Source of the DNA: Octopus sinensis
Lineage: Eukaryota
Direction of reading: 5' to 3'
DNA length: 64,000 bases
NCBI RefSeq assembly: GCF_006345805.1
Contig: NC_043004.1
Coordinates: 37,076,001 to 37,140,000 of the forward strand
A program made the position numbers and the translations under genes. The first letter of the stretch is position 1, and every line of letters starts with the position of its first letter. Positions 53,100-64,000 of this stretch are shown one piece after another. Below the pieces are notes generated by a model. The model was not told the origin of the DNA, did no database searches, and saw only the letters and a list, made by a program, of their open reading frames with translations.

Positions 53100-53440
53100 A
53101 AAGAAGTGAGTGTGGGGATATGTCGAACAACTTTTAATAAACAAAGCTGTACTGTCTGAAGTAAGAAAAAAACGTAGAAACCTTGTGACAGAATGGCTCG
53201 ACTATAAGAAGGCATTCGACTCTATCCTTCATTCATGGTTGTTGAAGTGCCTACATCTGGCAAAGGTACCTACTACTTTAATTGCTGCTATAGAGAGACT
53301 CACAAAGGCATGGACAACAATTCTTACCCTTACAACCGAGAACAGAATAATTGATTCTGATAGTACAAGCATTTCAAAGGGAATATTCCAGGACGATAGT
53401 GTTCCTGTACTTCTTTTCATTTTGGCACAGAACCCAACTT
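53100..53440 (+). mobile_element. R4/Dong-like RT core fragment
   Basis: EQLLINKAV..WLDYKKAFDSILHSWL..KGIFQDDSVPVLLFILAQNP (RT domains 2-4). Confidence 0.8.
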
Positions 53441-53599
53441 ACTGTTTTGTTATATAACTCTGCAATCAATATTCCCAGAATTTTCAACTCTAATATGTAC
53501 CTCATAGCAATACAACGACAGCAAATGCATACTGGATTGTAATCGTGGAATAAGCAGAAGTGCTTCAAATGGAGGTTGTGTTAGAACACAGGATGTCAT

Positions 53600-53779
53600 G
53601 TTATTTATCTGAGAGAACCTCTCGTATGGACTTGTGGTGCATATAAGCATCCGTGTTTGTGTCGCTGACGGGTGATAATCGTCCGCTGTGGCCACCGGAA
53701 CTGCCAGATCACGTGATTTCGGCTTCCAAAGCCTTGTCAATAGCAAGTCCATACAAGAGGTTCTCCCATGGTAAATAAC
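53600..53779. repeat. Imperfect terminal inverted repeat, possible MITE
   Basis: 53613-53634 GAGAACCTCTCGTATGGACTTG matches the reverse complement of 53744-53765 at 21 of 22 positions. The match extends outward through GTTATTTA/TAAATAAC. Confidence 0.6.
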
Positions 53780-53897
53780 GTAGTGTTTTGTGTTCTCACA
53801 CGACAATCACTTTTAGTGGGGGATGAACATAACCCTTTGATATTAATACTGCTTCTGTCGTTATGAATTATGTGTACGTGTGTGTGTATAAATGTTT

Positions 53898-53973
53898 AAA
53901 ATTGGCAACAGCTGTTTCAGTAAAATTTTATTTAATATAGTCATAAAACATTACCATCATCAGGTAAAATTTT
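53898..53973 (-). ncRNA. Type-I hammerhead ribozyme motif with a long stem II
   Basis: Minus strand AAAATTTTAC-CTGATGA-T-GGTAATGTTTTAT(loop)ATAAAATTTTACT-GAA-ACAGCTGT-T-GCCAATTTT. Intact core, palindromic stem III, GUU triplet. Stem I is interrupted. Confidence 0.65.
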
Positions 53974-53986
53974 AAGCAGGTAAGAT

Positions 53987-54150
53987 TTTAAACCGGATAA
54001 AAATGTTGAATTCCATATTACCTGGAGCATAATCAAGCACATCTTACTCTATACAAATGATAAGTGTGGCTGTAAACTTTGCTGCAATGAATTATTAGAA
54101 ATACTAAAACGTCCAGGTAATGTCCTTAATAAATCCAGTAAACTAAAACT
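53987..54150 (+). mobile_element. Penelope-like element ORF C-terminus (end of GIY-YIG)
   Basis: FKPDKNVEFHITWSIIKH..YTNDKCGCKLCCNELLEILKRPGNVLNKSSKL parallels PLE ..DKNIDFSITWSII..RCNLCL.EKLEIL...LLNKRSEL. Confidence 0.65.
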
Positions 54151-54189
54151 TGCACTCTATTTATGCTACATAAGCGCTTCAGAACACAC

Positions 54190-54470
54190 CTGTAAAAGGA
54201 ATCTCCAACATCTCTACACTCATACACGAGCTGCGCTTTTCAATCGCCACATTCAACTGCTGCTATAACGACTTCTATTCTTCTACACTAACATAATGCT
54301 GTACATCATCTGCTTCTGAGTTAGCCAAAACACCTGTCTCTCCTTTTTTGAAATCCCTGTTGTGACTCACTTCAAAAACAATGTACCGAACATATTTTAC
54401 AAACATTCCACTCCAGTGGTGCTACTCTCTGGAATTTATTACCTTCCTATGTTTTCCCGCCAAGTAAGAG
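54190..54470 (+). mobile_element. CR1/L2-like LINE 3' end, degenerate
   Basis: SASELAK..TEHILQTFHSSGATLWNLLPSYVFPP resembles the terminal ..SF.P.T..LWNSLPSSVFPP motif. Confidence 0.45.
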
Positions 54471-55139
54471 TAATATCATCCTCATCGATCTAACTGGTTT
54501 GTAGGGGGTCTAAAAAGTCAGAGATGCAGCCGCACACCTTCCGATTAACCATAAAAAGCATCCCACATGTAGAGATATAAATCCAAACTCCAGGGAAGGA
54601 TACAACCGGAGGAGACACAACTCTATAATCAAACCACAAATTTCATAACCACGACTTCATAAAATTCCACACAAACACACAGGACAATAGAAATACACAT
54701 ATACACACACATACACCTACACAACATGCATTCAAACACACACACACATACACACGCAGTTTCTCTATACTATTGTTCTTGCTTAGCCCAGAAAAAAGAA
54801 CATAAAAGAGAAAACACGGTCACAATGTCGGCAGCTTCACAAACTCGCTCTCCCTCTTTCTCCCTCTTTGTCTTTCACTCCTCCATCTTCGCCTCTCTCT
54901 CTCTCTCTCCCGCTTCCTCTCTACACTCCTAAAACCTTCCCCCTCCACTGTTAGCGATTAGTGTAGATGAACCAAGTGGTCTGCAAGTGCTGCGGTCCTC
55001 AGTAGAACCAGCTAGAGACAGAAAGAGGCTGAATAGTAGAATTGTAAGGCCTTGTGCCTATGGTAGAAAGGAGAGTAGAATTGTAGAACATAACCAGACT
55101 ATAAACATTGCACACTAATCATTGCATGTGTGGTTAGAA

Positions 55140-55520
55140 GTAGAGTATGTGTGCGACGAGGGTTCCAGTTGATCCGACCAACGGAACAGCCCGCTCGTGA
55201 AATTAACGTGCAAGTGGTTGAGCACTTCACAGACACGTATGCCCTTAATGTAGTTCACAGGGAGGTTCAGAGTGACACAGAGTGTGACAAGGCTGGCCCT
55301 TTGAAATACAGGTACAACAGAAACAGGAAGAACGAGTGAGAGAAAGTTGTGGTGAAAGAGTACAGCAGGGTTCGCCACCACCACCCCCTGTCGGAGCTTC
55401 GTGGAGCTTTAGGAGTTTTCGCGCAATAAATACTCACAACGCCCGGTATGGGAATCGAAACCGCGATCCTACGACCGCCAGTCCACTGCCCAAACCACTG
55501 GGTCATTACGCCTCCACACG
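55140..55520 (-). mobile_element. OR-like SINE (tail type 2)
   Basis: Co-linear with 39309-39680. Confidence 0.9.
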
Positions 55521-55549
55521 CACACATCACACACACATACACAAATATA

Positions 55550-55608
<59 letters not shown>

Positions 55609-55771
55609 GAAGTCAGAACGTAAAAACGTTTTGAGTTCAAATTGCACAGGGGTCGACTTTGCCTTTCAACTTCTCGGTGTCGATAAGGTAAGTACCAGTC
55701 GAGCACTGGCGTCGATGTAATGCCCCGAAATTGCTGCCTTTGTGCCAAAATTTAAAATGAAATCAATATAT

Positions 55772-55810
<39 letters not shown>

Positions 55811-55834
55811 CGTGTGTGTGTGTGTGTGTGTGTT

Positions 55835-57491
<1,657 letters not shown>

Positions 57492-58189
57492 GTGTCTTTT
57501 GCGTCTGTTTGCCCCCCACCACCGCTTGACAACCTTGGCGTGTTAACGTACCCGTAACTTAGCGGTTCGGCTGAAGACCGATAGAATAAGTACACGGCTT
57601 AAAAGAAAACAAGGAAAAGGACTGCAATCGATTCGTTCGAGTAAAACTTCTTCAAAGCGTAGTGCTGCAGCATGGCCGCAGTCTAATGACTGAAACAAGT
57701 TTTTAAAAAAAAGATGAAAGATATAGACTGCACCTGGCCGTCTGCCTCCACCCCATCGCCACCGCCAGCCTGGTCGACCAAAGCCGACTTCGGACCAGAC
57801 AATAACAATGCACCCGTACGCGCGCGCGCGCTTCTATAACATACGCACGTGCGCGCACACACACACAAACAATACGTACAAACGCACACACATATGCATA
57901 CACGCTTACACGCATGCACGCCTACATACGCACTCGACCATGCAATGGCGAACAAAGAGACCCAATTATACGCTTATTCAAACACCCACCCACCCACACA
58001 TGACACGCTCGTATACACAGAAGCTACCCACCCCATACTTACACGTACACACGCACACACATACACACACACGCACAGGCACACACACACACACACACAC
58101 ACTCACAAGTGTACTAATAGACACACACCTATCACTTGCGAAAACGCTGCTGACAATGGCAGAGGTTATGACGTAATAGCAGCGATATC

Positions 58190-58204
58190 AGAAGTCGCAG
58201 CAGC

Positions 58205-58245
<41 letters not shown>

Positions 58246-58252
58246 CAGTAGC

Positions 58253-58305
<53 letters not shown>

Positions 58306-58397
58306 CGGCGGTGGCGGCGGCGGCGGCGGAGGTAGCGCCAGCAGCAGCGGCAGCGGTGGCGGGAGTAAAAGTAGCGGCGGTGGCGGCAGTAAAAGTA

Positions 58398-58449
<52 letters not shown>

Positions 58450-58450
58450 T
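58190..58450. repeat. Compound trinucleotide array (GCA/GTA/GCG)
   Basis: Read directly. Confidence 0.95.
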
Positions 58451-58642
58451 TCTCAGAAGACCCACAAATTCGTGGAGGTGGGGGACTTAATCGATTACAA
58501 ACCATTTCGATTCTCAGCAACAACATCAACGATCTGCTAGAAATAGCAGCTAAATCTCCATCGTTGTAGCGTAGGACAAAGTTCTTTTTGTAATGAGTTC
58601 AAATCCCGCCGAGGTCTAGTTTGACTTTCATCCTTTCAGGGG

Positions 58643-59210
58643 CGAGCTGACAGAAATGTTAGCACGCCGGGCGAAATGCTTAGCAGTATTTCGTCTGCCT
58701 TTACGTTCTGAGTTCAAATTCCGCCGAGGTCGACTTTGCTTTTCATCCTTTCGGGGTCGATAAATTAAGTACCAGTTACGCACTGGGGTCGATGTAATCG
58801 ACTTAATCCGTTTGTCTGTTCTTGTTTGTCCTCTGTGTTTAGCCCCTTGTGGGTAGTAAAGAAATAGGTGTTTCGTCTGCCTTTACGTTCTGAGTTCAAA
58901 TTCCGCCGAGGTCGACTTTGCTTTTCATCCTTTCGGGGTCGATAAATTAAGTACCAGTTACGCACTGGGGTCGATGTAATCGACTTAATCCGTTTGTCTG
59001 TTCTTGTTTGTCCTCTGTGTTTAGCTAGCCCCTTGTGAGTAGTAAAGAAATAGGTGTTTCGTCTGCCTTTACGTTCTGAGTTCAAATTCCGCCGAAGTCG
59101 GCTTTGCCTTTCATCCTTTCGGGGTCGATTAAATAAGTACCAGTTGCGTACTGGTTTCGATCTAATCAACTGCCCATCTCCCCAAAAATTTCGGGCCTTG
59201 TGCCTGGAGT
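58643..59210 (+). mobile_element. SINE with internal tandem triplication (~182-bp unit)
   Basis: TTTCGTCTGCCTTTACGTTCTGAG restarts at 58689, 58871 and 59057. Confidence 0.92.
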
Positions 59211-59559
59211 ACGAAAGGATTCAATAAAATAAAAGAAACGTTCAGGCCTTATGTCTCAGAAGTTTTATAGAAACAACGAGAACAACAGTGATAGCAATAA
59301 AAGCAACAGGAAAGCTTCTGAGAGGTAGAAGAATGGCTGTTGTGGCATTCATGCCTTTCTCTAAGAACATTAAAGTTTGTCGTTTCGACGAGGCTACTCA
59401 CGCTCTCTCGTAAATCCAGATTAAGAGTCACAGGAACGGAATGAACACCACCACCACCACGCAACTCACGAATAAAGTCCGGTGGGAGGAAAATTTTAAT
59501 TCGGTTTGCAGTTGACTACTGGGAAAAATAAAACTAGGCGAGACATTCTCTTTGTGTAA

Positions 59560-59570
59560 GTAGTAGTAGC

Positions 59571-59617
<47 letters not shown>

Positions 59618-59746
59618 CAGCAGCAGCAGCAATGGCAGTAACAACTGAGTGAATACTGTTGTAGTAATCTAGTTATAACAGTAGCAGTTGATTTTTTTGT
59701 GTGATTATAACGGGAAAGCAGAGACGATACTGCTTCAGTACTATGA

Positions 59747-59819
<73 letters not shown>

Positions 59820-59861
59820 GGTGGTGATGGGTGGTGGTGGTGGTGTGGTGGTGGTGGTGGT

Positions 59862-59895
<34 letters not shown>

Positions 59896-59912
59896 TAGTG
59901 GTAGTAGTAGTG

Positions 59913-59955
<43 letters not shown>

Positions 59956-60314
59956 TAGTGGTAGTAGTGGTAGTAGTAGTAGTAGTAGTAGTAGTAGTAT
60001 CAAGTGTAATAATTAACAAATTGGTAAATTTGATTATTTTATCGGCGGTTAATTATGCTTTGGCAGAATCGTCAGAGCGGTCGAGGAAAATTAATCTGCA
60101 GTTTAAGCTCTCTTTACGTTTTCAGTTCAAATCTCACCAGGGTTAGACTTCGCCGTTCATTGATATCGGGATCGATAAAATAAAACAGCAATCCAATCAC
60201 ATGCTAAGGTTGGCTGGCATAAGCCACGGTTCCCTTCCCTCAAAACCTTTGCCCTTGTGCCTATGCTAGAAATTTGTGATCATTACTTACTACCATGATA
60301 GTAAACTGCAGCGA

Positions 60315-60350
<36 letters not shown>

Positions 60351-60355
60351 TAGTA

Positions 60356-60387
<32 letters not shown>

Positions 60388-60416
60388 TGGTGGTGGTGGT
60401 GGTGGTGGTGGTGGTG

Positions 60417-60459
<43 letters not shown>

Positions 60460-60471
60460 CAGCAGCAGCGC

Positions 60472-60533
<62 letters not shown>

Positions 60534-60537
60534 TAGT

Positions 60538-60575
<38 letters not shown>

Positions 60576-60580
60576 TAGTA
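59560..60580. repeat. Clusters of (GTA)n/(GTG)n/(GCA)n microsatellites around a degenerate SINE (about 60045-60280)
   Basis: Read directly. Confidence 0.9.
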
Positions 60581-60950
60581 ACGCAGATGATTCGAAGCAC
60601 TACTTTTATTGACCAGATTTATCAAGTCGAGCCAGAATATGAATGTTGGTAAGGCCTCTGTGTCGGGTTATGATGTGGTGAGTCAGATTACAGACAGAAG
60701 GAGTGGGAGGAAAGTGTCAGTTGAAGGCAGGAGTGTTGGTGAGAGAGGTAACTGATAAACACTCAAAGGAAATGTTTACCCTCAGCTTCTCTTTTTGTTA
60801 TCACAACTTTTAAGATAAGAAGGAAGGGCTTGTGATTCAGCGGCCTTGAGTGTGGCTGTACTTATTTTTGGTGGTGAGCGATATCGCAGTTCACACCCAC
60901 ACTTTCGTATAATCCTACCCCACTAAACGAGTTTCAGGATTAGAGACATA

Positions 60951-61181
60951 AGACGGCAAGCTGGCAGAAACGTTAGCACGCCGGGCGAAACGCTTTGCAG
61001 TATTTCGTCTGCCGCTCCGTTCTGAGTTTAAATTCCGCTGAGGTCGACTTTGCCTTTCATCCTTTCGGGATCGATTAAATAAGTACCAGTTACGCACTGG
61101 GGTCGATATATTCGACTTAATCCGTTTGTCTGTCCTTGTTTGTCCTCTCTGTGTTTAGCCCCTTGTGGGTAGTAAAGAAAT
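60951..61181 (+). mobile_element. tRNA-derived SINE with an 11-bp TSD
   Basis: AGGATTAGAGA at 60936-60946 and 61182-61192. Confidence 0.92.
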
Positions 61182-61817
61182 AGGATTAGAGATACGTACC
61201 ACATTCTGCCAGAGATTCGGTTCCACAACCTTTCCCCGTGATAAAAAGGAAATGATTGTCTTAGAGGAAAAGGGTTCAGGGATTGTAGATATTAGTCTGC
61301 GTTTATAGACTCCAAATATATTATGAATATATGAATGTCGTCTCTCAGCGATTATATTCACGAATATTGTTTCGGGCATAGTTATCTCGCGGATTGTTGG
61401 CAATATACACAGTGGAGAAAAGAATGGCTGAGACGAACTGAGGAAAAATCTACAACTCTTATATATGCATTCAAGATTTTCATGAATACTAATTGACAAA
61501 GGAGCTCCGCGTTTTGTGACAAGAGATGAGTGTAAACGTCTAGAAATGCTGGGATTTTCCAAGAAATAATAAAACAAACTCATTTGTATCTTATAGATAG
61601 AGTGGATTAGTAAAATCCTTCAGGAATTCTCCTTTTGAGATTCCTGGAATGAATGCAAGTGCATATGCTTTACATACACATAAACAATAAGGAAATACGA
61701 GCTCTTATGTACAAAAGTGTCATGCATACGCATTACGTAAGTGCAAGGCTCGCCAATTTGTTTAATGAATGGTTTGGATTATACGAAAGGAAACCGTAAA
61801 TCTCAAAGAAACTAATT

Positions 61818-61856
<39 letters not shown>

Positions 61857-62174
61857 GCACGCACGCACACACACACACACACACACACACATGCATACAT
61901 ACTTATGGTTATTCTTCTATTAGTCTCATTCATTAGACGGTGGTTATGTTTAGGCACCGCCTTCGGAGATTATTAGTTGATCATAGTGACCCCAATATTT
62001 ATTACTGACAACTACATATTTTTCGTTCCATATTTACCAATTAACGTAATATATTTTTACATACCTTCTTTTAATCAGCAGAGCAGTGTCAAGCACATGG
62101 CTACGTTTCTCCTCTGTTTTCGTGTATGTTTGTATTTATGTGTGTACGTGCGTGTGTATATATGGGCGTATGTA

Positions 62175-62233
<59 letters not shown>

Positions 62234-62649
62234 TATTATATATATATATATATATATATGCGTATAGCAGAGCGATACAGCGTGTATTTGTATGTGAAGG
62301 TAGAAACAGAATATATACATGTATGTACCCAGTGTGAATGTGTGTGTGTAATATATCACACTCATGCACTCAACTAGGATCCCACTACATTTTATAGAAG
62401 AAACGGCTGTAAGCAAATGAAGTTCATAAGATAACTCTTTATTCTTTTGTCATCTCATTTTTCTTCTTATTACCATTCTGTTCTCGACCAACGCTTCCTT
62501 CTGATGCGCATGCATATTGAATTCTATGCTAGGTTGTTAGTATCACAATGCCTAAGCGTAAGATATACATGCATGTGTGTGTGTGTGTGTGTGCCACAGA
62601 ACCCCCCCCCCCCAACAACAACAACAAAAAAAAAGAAGCATCAATATCT

Positions 62650-63700
62650 AAACGTCATCTAGACTTAATATGATTATCTATGAAGAAAAACAACCAATCT
62701 CAAAGTAAATAATCTCCATAAACCATGAATCCACAAGCACAACTTTACTAGAATGGAGGACAATTCAGAATAACGAGGCTAAGACATAAAAAAAACATTC
62801 ACAAGCAAGCATAACGAATATGTATTCTCATTATCAGCTGCCAAACGAATATCAGGATGGTTTCGACACCTGTGCAGGGCCATTCAATCCGGCGGCGTCA
62901 ACAGCGTTCGCAACATAAACGCTGCCTTAGAGAATCAACAGTAATCAGCAGAAGCGAAACAATAACAAAGTATGTCCATTGCATCAACATCTGCCAATTG
63001 CCACAAGCAGCAACATCAAAACAAACGATTAAGATTAACTCAGGCTTACAAAATAGTATGTAACCTATAAAACGAAACACTCCCAGAAAGTACATTGTGA
63101 TCCTGAAATTATAATACAAACGAAGAAGGGAACTAAACATTCTAAGGAAAAACTATTCAACCACTGATACTCGACACGATAACACTAACACAAGAATCAG
63201 CAAACCAAGGACTTAAAATATATAGACTATACAACGAACATAGACTACTAGACAGTTTCTCAATCTATATCACAAACATGATACCACACCAAAATGAAGC
63301 TTAATAAAAACTAGCGTGGATCTTTTAACCAACGTCCTTGAACAATATATAAAGGAAAAGACAAGCATAGATCAATATCTATAAAATATGTTCAATATTA
63401 TAAAATAAGTCAACCGAATAGATTGCTAATTAAAAGTAAAAAAATAATTGTAAAAAGAATAAAAATTTTAAATAAAAATGGAATTAGAATCAAATTAAAT
63501 TAAAAATTATTTATAAGATATATGATCAATAAAGACAAGACAAAAACTACCTAACTAAAACAAGTAACTAATAAAATGTCCCAACTGCAAACAAACTAAA
63601 TAATCCATTATTCATGTAACGGCCTACGCGCTTGTTACCTGAGAATAACTCATGATGAAATATATGAATGAACGAGCGTGGAAGGAAAATTGTAGTCAAC
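62650..63700 (+). mobile_element. Possible ancient LINE remnant (I/Jockey-like)
   Basis: Strong A-rich strand bias and weak peptide echoes (NKRLRLTQAYK; IIHYSCNGLR). No clear catalytic motif. Confidence 0.25.
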
Positions 63701-64000
63701 CTAAGGAAAATTGTAGTCGAATACTAAAGGCAGAGTTAAATGTAAGGTTTCAATGAAACTGAAAAAAATTAAAAACATAAACGTTACTCTGGATTCTCTC
63801 TGTGCTGATCATCAGACAGGAGCGAACTTTTGAAATATTGCAAAGGTTTTTAATTCCTCATTGAGAATCAGAAGGCAAATAAGCATTTAAGGTTTATTGG
63901 GCAGGTGGTTATCAAATTTCAAACTCGAAGGAATCTGCTGAGTGAATCGAGCGAACTTTGACATAAGTAATGTAAATATAATTAAAGGGGAACGAACTGG

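Noticed and set aside
58166-60625. Poly-A/V/T/S/Y ORFs suggesting a low-complexity protein
   Set aside because: Trinucleotide microsatellites read in any frame, with no non-repetitive domain or splice structure.
60600-61583. 142-aa minus-strand ORF as a gene or LINE
   Set aside because: It runs into a SINE. Only a GGTCAATAAAAG end motif like that of the Tx1-like pieces and a weak peptide echo support an old LINE, which is not enough to call.

Overview
This is repeat-dense, AT-rich animal genomic DNA, almost certainly intergenic or intronic. The tRNA-derived SINE families look like the octopus OK/OR-type SINEs; I recognised them from memory, not by search, so an Octopus origin is an inference. 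I found no host protein-coding exon, rRNA, tRNA gene or CRISPR array, and nearly all ORFs in the supplied track are translations of microsatellites. The window is a mosaic of dead mobile elements: a full-length degenerate Tc1 transposon, several Tx1/L1-like LINE pieces, four R4/Dong-like fragments, an RTE fragment, Penelope-like element (PLE) fragments, about 20 SINE copies, a 2.7-kb 37-bp minisatellite and many microsatellites. Four things stand out. (1) Several minimal type-I hammerhead ribozyme (HHR) motifs with palindromic stem III, each a short distance upstream of a (TA)n/(TG)n tract; the best are at 37013-37055 (-), 53898-53973 (-) and 19234-19271 (+). (2) A head-to-tail array of three Tx1-like LINEs in which every A-tail is followed by the same 19-mer, the last one lying 3 nt from a hammerhead, which may indicate site-specific targeting. 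(3) A 205-bp piece shared with a site 7 kb away, sitting inside the minisatellite with microhomology at its end. (4) Fold-back and inverted structures. All assignments come from manual translation and motif reading.
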